A DNA stretch of 64,000 nt. Origin: Stylophora pistillata (Eukaryota). The notes under the pieces are model-generated. The model was not told the origin of the DNA, searched no databases, and saw nothing but the letters and a program-made list of their open reading frames with translations. Made by a program: the position numbers and the translations under genes. Below are positions 26,265 through 37,299 of the stretch, piece after piece. The stretch covers positions 74,515 to 138,514 of the forward strand of contig NW_019217946.1 in assembly GCF_002571385.2 (NCBI RefSeq), given 5' to 3'. Every line of letters starts with the position of its first letter. Position 1 is the first letter of the stretch.

Positions 26265-29200
26265 AGAAAATTCTACGGAAGGACATTTGCGATGCGTGAA
26301 AATTACCTTTTTCTGGATGTTCTGATATTCCGCCCCGTAGAATTTTTTTAAAATCTTTGTGCATTTTCCTTTTCAAGTGCCGAAGCAGTCACTAAGAAAA
26401 ATCACGGGGTCACCGAGTTGGTTTTCAAATTATTTGAGCCATAAGCTAAAAAAACGCGTCTGAATAATCCTTTGAAAGCGTTGCAATGGAAACTGCTGGT
26501 GACGAAATGACACCTATTTTTGGATAGCCAATGATTATATAATTCAACCCCGTAAAAGTGTTCAACTGGCCTTGGTCAGTCTTTTTGTTGTATTCTTTTT
26601 AAAGTTACAAAGCATCAAAAGATGAAAACTGGTACCAGGCACCTTAATAGAATCGCGTGGATGCGTACAAGCCTAAGTCTAGACTGTTTTCAGTTTTTTT
26701 CTTTTTTCATTTGGGTTCTACTCGCACGTATGCACGGACGGAAAAATATAGGAAATTAATTGGGCTGGGGTTCCTCAAACCAATCTCTTCGCTCCTAAAA
26801 CACTTGCCCCATGTAAAAAAAAAAAAAGAGACAAAAGAAAAGCATTCTACCGTACGGTAGATTACAATGTTCCGGAACAACCGAGTATACACATTCCCGA
26901 GGAAGCAAAAAGCTAGTTGAGATTGGCCAAAATTTATAAGGCTTAGGGAAGATGAAGCTGAATAATTGAACATTTACGTTCAAAGATCTGTCCTGGTAAA
27001 CTTTGATGTAAACTTTCAATCTTCCTGCTGCGAATGCCTCCATCCGTTGTAGTTTAGGTTAAAATGGTAGCTTTTAACTTATTTTTGTCCCTATCTGATG
27101 ACAATCACAGGACAAATTAGACACCACTGATAGTAAGCTATATTTGAGCTGATGTGTTATTTATACCCGTGAGTTTAGATGGCTATGCCAAGAAAGCTAG
27201 CCTTAGAAAGTCTAAATGCAGTCAGAAATGTTATTAAGTTATGTTAGCAATACGTGTTTTTACGGTTGGATGCTCGAAGTTTAAATGTCTCGTCTTGAAA
27301 AAGAATATATAAATACTCATACGTGCTCTTTCTATCTACGTGTATCGCGTTTACGTAACGAAAACCTATGAGCAGTGCCGTTATTTTTAGGAGAACTTTT
27401 CTTCAGACGTCTCTGTGGATTATGCCATCACGTGCAGGTGATATTTTCAGGCACCTGTTGTGTGCAATATTGCCAAAGAACGTTGGAGATATCTTTTTTT
27501 CTGTATTGCATACACTTTTGGAAATATTTTAAAACTGTTCGTAGACATGAATTTAAAAACATGCTTCTCTGAGGTTAGGGTACAAAGAACAGAAGCGGTC
27601 TTCGCGTTTTCTTCGTTAAAATGAATTCCCCTTTCTACATTTTGCTCTAAGTTTTTTGTTTTGGCCCTTAAAACCTTATACTCCTGTAGTTTTGAAAGCT
27701 TTTAAAAGTGAAAACAATTGTTGTTTTCATATGTTATTGCGCGGATGTTTTGAATTTTTGTAAACACCAAATTCATAGCTCTACTATTTTAATGTGCTGG
27801 AGTTCATTGTTTTTAGAATCAAGTATTTAATTCTTGTCATTTTTTTTAAACCTCCTTTAAAAATAAGGAAAGGCCTCGTTTTTTGGTGATTTGGAGGTCT
27901 TTGATGCATCAGACGTCGTTCATTTAACCAGAACAGATAAGCGTATTTGATAATATTCGAAAAACGATTATCGACACAAAATGTGTGTTTGTTATTATGA
28001 TCAAAGAATGACAACCCACTTTCCCTACTTCTCATTTGAACTCACTGCTTTTCCAAACCATACTTACCTGTATCCCAGTGACACATGTTCAGTGTAGCAG
28101 CAAAAAGACTTGTCCTTTTACAGCATGGCGCAATTATGCATGGATTCAGTATCGGTAATCTTGATACTTCTCCGAAAAATTACTTTTGTTTTCCACCGGA
28201 AACCTTCCCTATTTCCTGCGGCAGTTTTCCCACGAAGGCATGATCGTGCGCTTAGCCGTATAGTGTCGACCGTACGATGATGCTTGCGAAAATCTTGATG
28301 TTACCAGCCCAACATGGTCGTTATTTCTAGATTTCACACAACTCTAGACCAATATACTTAATGTGGGAACGGTTGTGGAAGAAAGCGGGGCACCATTTAA
28401 CGTGTTTTTATTCTTTTAAGGGTAATTTGTTCGAAGGTCAAATTGTGATAGACATGTCAAAGTCCATTGGCAATTAAGATGATGCTATTGATTGGATAAG
28501 ATTTTCGTGAGGAAACGTCTCTAATTCAGAAACCGTGTGTGTACTTTCGCAGCAATATCACAAGATACTACTGATATTAGAATTTATTAAATTTTGCTAA
28601 CAGTGTTTTTACATTGATTTCCGAGATTGTTTCGAAAAACACGCTGAATTATGTGGATGCGATTTAGCGAATGTGATACCACTTGATATCCAATTCATCT
28701 TGGGAAAACGAGAAATTGATGTTTCTTGAGGAAATTTACCATGCTTTGATGTAATATTGATGCTAAATGCCACGAAACTCAGACTGATTTGATGTCTGTG
28801 GTCAAGATAAATGAAGTCGGCTGAAAAAAATTATACTCTCAAACGCAAACCACTCAGTTGGGATAAATATAGTGTACTTTGGATGAATAATTTTCTCATG
28901 ATAAATATGTAGTTAGTTCTGTCTAATGTTGTTTCGATTTTGACGTTGTCTTTGTCTGGTCGCTTTCCTAAATCACTTAGAGATTAATGCACGATTCATT
29001 TATTAAGTGAAATATTTTAGAGCTTTTGCGGCTCAAAGCGTTTAGTTTACGAAAACAAGGGAAAAAAATCTGGACTTGTATTCTTATATCAAATTTCTTT
29101 ACTAACTGATATTCTTTTTGGCTTAAAATATGTCGTGAGCATTGATTTCACGGATTGATTTCACTACGTCACTGAATAATATTAAAAGTAAAAAAAATGA

Positions 29201-31716
29201 AAAAATTCTTGGACAAGCGGATTCAGTTTACGTTACTATTGAAATAAATCTCAATAGAAATAAAGTTCGAATGGAGTGCAAAGATTTCTGTCTCTTTCGG
29301 CCGGCGTCCTATCATGTAGTTGATATTAACCAATTTTTGCCCTCAAGGTATTGGTCTTTCGCATCTTTGTCGTTGCAAGGATCGTGAAGGTTCTATCGCG
29401 ATCTTGTCTTAAATTTGATTCTCGCGCGGTTAACACGCGTGTTAGGCACGCTCCCTGATTCTCTATTATATCCTAGATCCATACTGGATTATCTTTGGGT
29501 TTTTTTCCGGCTGCGCTATTCATCCACATCTCAAGGCTTTCGCCTACCCCTCCCTCCCTCCTCACCACTTCGTTTTTCAGACTCAAAACTTGAGCGTTGA
29601 CTGTTGTCTTCAGAAATGACTCAGTCCCATTTTTCTTGGTCCAGGAGTGTTCATTATCTAAGCAACTTTTCCATTTTTTGTTTCTATGTAGTCTTCCATA
29701 GGTAAATTTTTAATGAAAAAGAAGCAGAAGCAGAAAGAACGCGCACCGGTGCCACACTTTCCTTCAAGTAGCACGAGTGCCGGGTAAGTGTTATTTAATT
29801 CAAATTTGACTTTTGTACCAGGTTCTCTGTCCGTAGAGACAAGCGGAGAGCGAGCGAAAAACGCGATAGGACTGGAGAGGAGTCTTACGCCCGCCTTCTT
29901 TTCTCGTCTTCAATTTCTGAGAGCCCTAAAAGGAACGTTGGTGTAGCCAAAAACCTGCCTCGTCGATAGAAATTGAAAGAAAAACAAACAGATAAATGAA
30001 TGGATGAATGGATGAATAAATGAATAAAGGAAAAAGCAAAGAAGTAAAAATATAGGTGAATGAATGAACAATAAAAAGATAAAAAATGAATAAATAAATG
30101 GTGTGATGAATGAAAAACAGACAAATACATGAACAAATAAACTCATAAATGAATAAATACTGAACGAATAAGTAAATATGACGGCGAAGAGGCGATTAAA
30201 ATAAATTAATTACTAACAAGCTGGAAAATAAAACTCAAGAAACTGTTGTTGTAATTCTCAGCTCTCAAAGTTTGATAAAGTACCGTCGAACATCTGATAC
30301 GGCTCAGCCTTTTCAAACCACAGTTCTTCAGAGCAGTTTCCGCAGAATCTTAGCCTCAAGTTTAGAGACCAAACACGGAAGACGACTGTATAATTACACT
30401 ATATAGCCAATAAACTGAAAGAGAACGAGGAATAAAATATCAACCTAAAATAGTAATTGTAACAAATTCAACTTAAGAATTAAGCATTTCATAAGCTGTT
30501 TTTATATACGTAATTTTTAAAAAGTCTCATTTTTTTGTAATAAGCTGACGAAAACGTGCAATTGTAAATAACACTGAAATGATATTCCTTATTCCTTAAA
30601 AATACAAAAAACAACACAATACCAATTTATAGGTTTTTTGTAGATATACTTTGGAAAAGTCATCTTTATAGATAAGAAATTCGAAGGTTATTATATAACG
30701 TGATTTTTTATTTAAAAATAGTTTTATACCTTTTTAACGAATGTGACATAAACAGTTTTCTATAACCGTGACATTTGATATTTATCTCCCAGACCAGCAT
30801 TTTGTTGTTATTTATTTGTTGTTGTTTAAATTGTGGGCTCCTGGTAAATTGTAATACTATTTCGCCTAGTGACCGTGTAGTGATTTGCCTCAAGAGATGT
30901 ATTTATAAGCATATTTTTTAAGCGTTATATTTGAAGTCATGTTTAGTTTGGTCATATAAGTTATGTTGACCTCGACGGTCAAGCTTAAGTTTGGTACTCG
31001 CCGCTGACATGAAACGAAAGTTTGGCTGAGATGCCTGGCAGTTCGAGCCGGGCAGTTCGAGCCTGGCAGCTGAGACGGAATATTGTATTTGCGTCACGGG
31101 AATAAATGCGGGTTAGCGAGATGTTGAAGGTAACTTAGTTCGAATGGGGGAACCCCAACGCTTTTAATAAACGTGGTTGGTAATGAAGGTCATAAAGAGT
31201 CATCATTGTTTTCACATGTTCAATGGTAGGAACTTTCTAAAACGTCAGAAAATTGAACGCACGCTTAAACTTTTCAGTGCTTAGAGTCCTTGGACTTGAG
31301 AACGTAATATGTCATTAATTTATATTCGTAAAATTGTGGAGTTTTCATGAATTTTTTCTAATCAAAAACCCCTCTGAAACTATTTCATAGTTTCACTCAT
31401 CACCATTCGATATCACATACATACAGTACCTCATGCTCCTTGTAGCCACTTATCTGACAAAACCTAGAAAAAATTGGACGAGTTTTTGAGCAAAATAAGG
31501 AGCATAGTTTAGCAAAACCAGTGCAATCCTTGATTGCCCTTGACATTCAAATTGAAAATTCCTCTCAGTATGACGAAAATTTCCGGTACTTTTGTTGACA
31601 GATTTGTGATAAGCACCCCATTATCGGTTGAATCTGGGTCGTTTGAAGGTAGCCCTGGACTCCTGTCACAGCGAACCTACTCCGAGTCTAATATCCTCAA
31701 GTCGACTGGCGTTTAA
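8377..31716 (+). CDS. SOWAH: Ankyrin repeat domain-containing protein SOWAH (sosondowah) homolog, predicted 480 aa, 19 coding exons: 8377-8503, 8603-8664, 10050-10355, 10670-10795, 12163-12187, 14780-14814, 15204-15305, 15576-15587, 16012-16014, 16456-16458, 17845-17931, 18358-18360, 18624-18626, 19270-19342, 19470-19553, 19951-19983, 24158-24309, 29692-29783, 31602-31716
   Basis: The N-terminus MSTNEGITLASVREFLVKNNGKVKNIDLVHHF...FKEIVHTIATVQTIDGEKYFVLKK matches the SOWAH N-terminal domain. The ankyrin region reads LEPLEKEWLVSAAKG...[24 protein letters not shown]...DVNVRTNGGYTPLHLAAMHG...ADINCRDFSGKKPKQ. All introns are GT-AG and phases are consistent (1443 nt in total). AATAAA lies near 32489. 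The last three or four exons are less certain because they are poorly conserved. Confidence 0.9.
9594..9855. mobile_element. Penelope-like fragment with inverted (fold-back) 5' part and 13-bp target-site duplication
   Basis: Imperfect palindrome 9611-9780 centred near 9695. TAAAGTAAAATGG is directly repeated at 9594-9606 and 9843-9855. The right arm is homologous to 7052-7207. Confidence 0.7.
11272..11480. mobile_element. Decayed short non-autonomous DNA element (TTAACC.. terminus, possibly piggyBac-type); related decayed copies near 15764-15960 and 61487-61631
   Basis: Shared motifs (ATTCTCC.TACTGT, GAGAAT(T/A), TTATTCTCAT) and TTAACC/GGGTTAA ends. The superfamily assignment is tentative. 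Confidence 0.4.
11630..11696 (+). repeat. 32-bp tandem duplication
   Basis: CTGGGCACCCTGGATTTCACAGTTTCAGAGCA x2. Confidence 0.9.
15576..15587 (+). CDS. SOWAH: 12-nt microexon of SOWAH (DFMQ)
   Basis: ttttccattttag|GACTTTATGCAG|gtatgt continues LAAKR into the family-typical KRDF(M/I) motif. Confidence 0.88.
16012..16014 (+). CDS. SOWAH: 3-nt microexon of SOWAH (Gly)
   Basis: CTAAC branch point, pyrimidine tract, then aag|GGG|gtaagt. Confidence 0.8.
16456..16458 (+). CDS. SOWAH: 3-nt microexon of SOWAH (Tyr)
   Basis: More than 100 nt of AG-free sequence with a pyrimidine tract, then tag|TAT|gtaagt. Confidence 0.8.
16887..16948 (+). repeat. 22-bp tandem repeat, ~3 copies
   Basis: CTTATTAGAGTCAAGCATGAGA repeated. 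Confidence 0.9.
17177..17700 (+). mobile_element. Non-autonomous Crypton-like (tyrosine recombinase transposon) remnant; second decayed copy at ~60589-60864
   Basis: Disrupted ORF at 17281, MASWFAFVTSEEITQINDEAVP*NTNKATKFGLAVFK, resembles the N-terminus of Crypton/DUF3504-type proteins. It has a terminal palindrome ACAACTATTCACC...GGTGAATAGTTGT and a repeated AGTATATACTAAAACA. Confidence 0.6.
18358..18360 (+). CDS. SOWAH: 3-nt microexon of SOWAH (Asn)
   Basis: Long pyrimidine tract and ~70-nt AG-free zone, then cag|AAT|gtaagt. Confidence 0.8.
18396..18522 (+). repeat. 41-bp tandem repeat, 3 perfect copies
   Basis: GTTTATTTACTGTTTATCTTGTGCCTTTTTATAGTGGAGAA at 18396, 18437 and 18478. Confidence 0.95.
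18624..18626 (+). CDS. SOWAH: 3-nt microexon of SOWAH (Gly)
   Basis: Pyrimidine tract and ~55-nt AG-free zone, then tag|GGG|gtaagt. Confidence 0.8.
18860..19171. mobile_element. Palindromic non-autonomous interspersed element
   Basis: ~145-bp fold-back CTTATTAACCAAGC...GCTTGGTTAATAAG, followed by a segment bounded by TTTATTACACGACT / AGTCGTGTAATAAA. GC-rich relative to the intron. Confidence 0.65.
21570..22200 (-). mobile_element. 5'-truncated CR1/L2-group LINE (ORF2 C-terminus, 3'UTR, (AATG)n tail)
   Basis: ORF 22128-21871 (...DSYNTRNSNFFHIPHCRTNFRKFSIRFQGPKFFNTL...) is typical of the post-RT C-terminus of CR1/L2-group ORF2. (TTCA)n at 21571-21591 is the tail. Confidence 0.8.
25539..26747. 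other. Assembly gap (N 26003-26228) with ~460-bp near-identical duplicated flanks
   Basis: 25539-26002 is almost identical to 26283-26747, and each copy is preceded by a long poly-A. This is typical of an unmerged contig overlap. Confidence 0.85.
29975..30180 (+). repeat. Degenerate (AATG/AATA)n microsatellite
   Basis: Runs of AATGAATAAA and GATGAATG; explains the Phe/Ile/His-rich spurious minus-strand ORFs. Confidence 0.8.
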
Positions 31717-34700
31717 CATCCACATAAACGATCGCAGGAAAGAACAGTTGCTTCCGCGAACAGTATTTCCCACAAGAAGCCATTCCCTATTGGCGTCACA
31801 CTTGTTGCCCTAGCCCTTTTACTCCCAGAGGTTCATATGAAGCCTTTCCCTGGAGAAAGGTAATGAGATTGGACAAAACTAGTAGAGACAAGATGTTATT
31901 TTGATAGAAATCCAAACTCCCTACTCAACGCAGAAGGAAGCGTATAGCAGCCAGAATAGAGAAGTTCTAGTAAGTAGGGGTACTTTAAGGGTTAATGCTC
32001 GACTAAAGAAAAGCCATCTCATCGTTATTTTCTGTGTGGGACTGGAAAGGTATGAGAATACAATTCTAAGAACTGAATTTCACGTTTGTCTTTTATGGCG
32101 TCATTGTAAAAAGAGAAAAAGAGATGACCTTTTCATTATTTTATAATGTTTAGTATTTATGCTGGCCCAGGTTTTCAAAGTACAGCCGTCTCGGTACAGC
32201 GTGTTTTATATGAAGAACCTTTCCACAGCCGGAAAAACTTAATATTCATTTACTTAACATTTTTAAGAAAGTGTTTTAACTTGGCTACATAACTCTCAGT
32301 GTGCTAAATTGACTCGGTGTGGAGACTTTGGGCAGATAGAGATACGTTATTCACATTTTTTTCTTTACCGATCTCTCACCTCCCTTTAATTTCTGTTATA
32401 AATTTCCTTGTTGTACTTAATTTAACCGAACGCTTTTGTAATTTTTTTTTTTTTGGATACAATTTGTAGATAGGATCCTGCTACATGCAATAAAGAGTTT
32501 TTTAGTCAAACTCGTTTCTTCCTTGTCAAATCTTGTTTATAATCCGTCAAATATCTATGCACACGTGCGATTGGTCTAAGTGACATTCTCCAGTTTTCAA
32601 ATCTTACGTCCATCACGATAAGCCTTCTTTTTTTAAAAATTAATTGAAGACGGATGAGACATTGCTTTGAGGTTGATGCAGAAAAGGGAAATGTTTGCCG
32701 ATTAATTTACAAAGTCGTACTGAAAAGTGAATAACGGTATGCTGTTTGTTAACTTTTGTTTCCCACGCGTTGCAAAAATATTTAAAGGATGTTTACCACG
32801 ATAGCCTCGCATTTGGCGCAAAAAATATGTTCGTATATTTATCCTTGCACATAAATTGGTACCATATAGAGACGTGGGTATGGTTTGCCTGTCAACGTGC
32901 TGCACTGGACGATACGATCTACGGGAAGTCAAACTGGCAAAATCGAAAGCGGAATGTCGGCGATACCGCTTACGACTCCGTCGCCTATGATATATTGATA
33001 AAATAAAATGTACCTAAGGCCTAAGAATTCTTGTGCACTAGAGGGCCTTAGAACTGGCGCTGTGAAAACATGATGGCGGATGACGTTGACTTATTTTTTA
33101 CCTGATCTCCAAGGCATGAGCTCAAACCATCCGCCCCTTTTTTTGTCATTCGCTGGGTCGCTTAACATCTGAGAAGCCTGAAATATTTTCAGAAGGAGGT
33201 TTAACGTATTGTGTGAGTTAAGGGAGTCTCCGTCACTATTCGCTGCAGGTGTTGCTTTGCTGAGAGGTAAGAATTATGTTTAACACAGATAAGAATTTAA
33301 CCCGGTTACCTGAGCTGTAAAGTGTAGCCTCGTTAGACTCTTTAAACGTGAGTATTAAAGATAATTCAGCGAAAACTTCAATTCTCCGCTCGATCAAAGT
33401 GAAGTCATTTACACTGAAGTGAGTGTTTTTTGCTGTCATTTTCTTTCAGGTCACTCAAACTCTCTGGTATCTACAACAGTCTTTCGTTTCCCTTCGTAAT
33501 TTAAGTTTGCGGGGTTCTGATCCACAGTTCATACTTCAACTATGCCCATCTTAATGCAGAGCATACAGGACATACGATCTTTTCGAAGTGAAACAAATTG
33601 AAGGCGCAATCAGTCGGTCTTCTGTAACAGACCCTCTGAAGTAAGAAAACACTACGCAATAGAAAAATTAAAGGAAAACAATGGTTTTAAGGTAAGATAA
33701 TCTAGATATTTTTCACAGGAAATTTTGAAATAAGAATCCCGTAGGAATGGAAAGTAAGGAACCGTGATACTGTTCCTGATCGTTGATGACGTTGATCAGC
33801 TCTGATCGTTAATTATTCTGTGTGATATTTGTTGAAGGTCGATTGATTCAGTTGTACATAAAAAGGAATGGAGGCTTCAGAATTTATGACAATATACACG
33901 CCTAATTCCATGGATTGTATTTTGTCTTATCCGACAGAAGTTAGAAATTTATTCGAACCTCCGAAGTCCGCAAAGTAACCAAATAAACTCGATGATCAAT
34001 TTGATCTACATGCATGTATGTCAGGTGTTTGATAAAAGGAAAAAAAAATTAAAATTGCTCGCTGTCTGCTTCCCTGATTGACAAGTGGAAAGTTACTATT
34101 CAAATTCTAAGAAATTTTCAACTCAGCTAGTTGTGATTCATTAACATTTTTCGTAGTAAGATGCAGTAACCACACCACACTTTTAATATGCATTTCAAGC
34201 CAAGAATTGGAATTGCATGCAGTATATGGCCTGTCATCTCTTGTTTGTGAATGCAACAAATACTTCCCTTTCCCTTTGACATATTTCACAGCGAGTACAT
34301 TTGTCTGAACCCTTTCGCTCAAAGGCTTGATGGAAGAGATTTCAAGTCCTCGCGCTTCAGTGAAGAACGAGGTATAATTCAAGTCTTTGGCGCTTGAAAT
34401 GATGTTTCACTCAGGCAAGGCTTTAAGAACGAGGCTTTTTTCGCGTATACTGCATTTGTCTTTGTAAATTGGCGTTCCGTTTAAAGGCTCGAAGAATGAG
34501 GTATAATTCAAGGATTCCGCGCTTGAAACGAGCAGTTTCGCTTCAGGGCTTTAAGAACAAGGCTGCATATTTCACTTGTACTACACTTGTCTGAATTGAG
34601 GGCTCATGTCCTTTTTACCACCAGACGTCTAGTTATTCCGATGGATTCTGATGAACTCCATCGAATTTCGATGGACTCTATCGGATTCCATCTGTCATAT

Positions 34701-35680
34701 GTATTTCGATGCAGTCCATTTGATAACATTTGTCCCCTCCCTAATGTTCATCGGACTTCCAGTATTCTTTCGCGTGATCGTGCCTCCCTTGGAAGGTACT
34801 GCGAATAGAAATTTGCCTATTCTATCGGAAAACCCCGTTTTCCATCGAAATCTATTTGTGTGTATTGGACATGTATGGGATGTATCGCAAGTGATATTTT
34901 CCAATTTTCAAACCTCACATCCACTACGATAGGTCTTCCGTTACAATCTAATCCAGAATGATAGAGCGTTTTGTGGTTGTTACGTACAGAAAAAGGGACA
35001 TGTGCTCCTCCCCTAGATCCACCACTGGGTATGGTTTGACCGACAACGTGTCGCGCTTAGCGATACCATCTATGAGAAATCAAACCGACAAATTGAAAGG
35101 AGAATGTCGATATCGCTTAGTACCCCGTTTACTATCCTTAAAGGGAATAAAAAAACTACATTGTTGAATTTTTGTGCACTCGAAGAGCCTGAGAACTGGT
35201 ACTGTAATTGGATGGTTCTCTTACAATCATTATCTTCCCGCTACACTCCAACAGAACTTTCTTTAGATTATAAGCGTCGCTGAGTCGGATTCATAGGCGA
35301 AATCGGAAGAAAACGGAAACATTCTGATATGGGGCTCAATATGACTCCGCTTAAAACTACAATTTTCGATATTCATGAGGTTTTAATCCATGGCTCTTAT
35401 GGCTTCCGCTGAACTAGGACCATCTCCGTTGGTGGAAATCAGCCAATCGAATCGAAAAGGAGAGTAGGGTTATAGAGGGGTTCACATGCAATGAAAAGCA
35501 AAACGAAAAAAACAACCAACAACAAGAGAAACACAAAACGAACAGTTGGCAAATAAGGAAATAAAAAGAAAACCAAACAAAAAACGGAAAGACACAGATT
35601 GAATCCAAGACCACGGGAGCCGCCATTGCGGAAGACAATTTTTTTTTTAGTCCCGACCATGGCCTGGAAGTACATAAGGC

Positions 35681-36010
35681 CAGAGCCCGCGGAGCGGATT
35701 TTCAAGTGGGGGGGGCTAATGCGAACGCGTTAGCGTGAGCCAACTAGGGGGGTCCAAGGGCATGTTCCCCCGGTAAAATTTGAAATTAAATTAAAGTCTT
35801 CTAAAATGGCTAGAAATGGATCTAAAACTGCCAAAAGTGAAGTTAATTTTTAATTCTTTTAAAACAACGAGTAACAAACTGGCCTTCACGTTTGACCAAA
35901 TTGAAATGAATAGACTAACTTCTAAGTAAAAAAAATAGTGATTTAATCAGCCAAAAAAGTGAAGGGGGTGGGGGCTAAAGCCCCCCAGCCCCACCCCCTG
36001 AGCGGTCCCT
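35681..36010. mobile_element. Short MITE-like element with G-runs
   Basis: Imperfect inverted ends CAGAGCCCGCGGAG / CTGAGCGGTCCCT and internal GGGGGCTAA repeats. Confidence 0.45.
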
Positions 36011-36942
36011 TAAGGCGGTAGTCCCTGAGACGTAAGCATCGAGGATACAATGAAGAGGCAGAAGTAGATGGCACTCTTCTCCTTTCAAGATGGTCGACAA
36101 CCCTCTACTGACTCAATACAACAATCAGAAATCCTGTTTTTTACCTCTAATAAGCAACATGCAAGTCCCCACTTTCCCCCAAACAATGATGCCTGGAATT
36201 TGTGACCATTTTGAAACACCAGGCAACATTAAAATGGGGGAGAGGGGGAAATACATAAAAGTAACAGAAAAAATTCAAAAAGGAGCAAAGCGTGCCAAGA
36301 CTTTTGCGGAAGAACAAAGCGCGATAAACGACGATACTCGTTTGCATTATTTTTGCGCAGTACTGTAACATATTGTCGAGATGACGGGCGGCGTTGGGTT
36401 ACTTAACCTGCTCTATAAGGTGTGAGTTCAAACCAGCCGAATTTCAAATGAACCTAGTTTTGGAGGCAAATTTGTACTCTGCGACAGAACTGTGTTAGAA
36501 GTATAGTGCTCAAGGTCACGCTGACGAGTGTAAGACAAGATAATCTGTCACGTGCATGGCAACCTTTGGACCGGGGAGGAAATTGGAAGATTGCCTGCTA
36601 AATACCTCTTGGACAAATAACAAAACTTTCTAAATATAAATGTTTGTGCTATTAAAAACTTTTGCTATCGAAATCACGCTTATCAGCTGTGCTCTACGCT
36701 AAAAATTTTTATATCAATTAATTGGCAATCTTGACGTTACACTTTAGTTTGTACCATCCAATCGGATGCTATATGCTTTCCCTAGGAAATAATTCATTCT
36801 AAAGATCAGCAGTTCAAATACGCCACACGCAACACCAAAATTAAGTAATTATTCTGGATTTCTGCTCTGACGTAATTTGGCACAATAATCTGGTGTGTGT
36901 TTTCTTCCCCTAGCAACAGGATTAAAGTATCAATTTATTTGT

Positions 36943-37009
36943 ACCGCCTCCCGGTTAGCTCAATGAATAGAGCGCTGGACTGTTGTGCGGTAGGTCGAGG
37001 GTTCGAGCC

Positions 37010-37042
<33 letters not shown>

Positions 37043-37299
37043 TTGAGAAGAATTTGCTGCCTTTCTATAACATCAAGAAATAGTTAGATATTCTAGTCTT
37101 CTCGGATAGGGACGAATAAATGGAGGTCCCCGTCTTTTGCAGGGTTAGGGGCAGGAGACGTTAATTTCCCACACACGAGATTACTGCGTGATGGATGTTC
37201 TCCCCTGGGATGTCCTCCCCTGGGCGCACTTAATTTGGAACCTCGCTCTGTTGTGCGACCCTCACCATACTCTGGTGAAAGTGATTAAATAAATAAATA
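36943..37299 (+). mobile_element. tRNA-derived SINE, near full length
   Basis: tRNA-like head with A box (TAGCTCAATG) and B box (GGTTCGAGCC), a body shared with 61330-61467 (-), and an (AAAT)n tail. Confidence 0.85.

Noticed and set aside
25539-26747. Recent tandem duplication and ORFs 25877-26325
   Set aside because: The copies flank an N gap next to poly-A, so this is most likely an assembly overlap. The ORFs run through Ns.
36147-36371. Possible Tc1/mariner terminus (TA-CAGTACTGCGCAAAAA on the minus strand)
   Set aside because: No matching second TIR or convincing transposase sequence was found.
36951-37018. Apparent tRNA gene
   Set aside because: It has A and B boxes but a poor anticodon arm, and it runs into a repeated body and tail. 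It is a SINE head.
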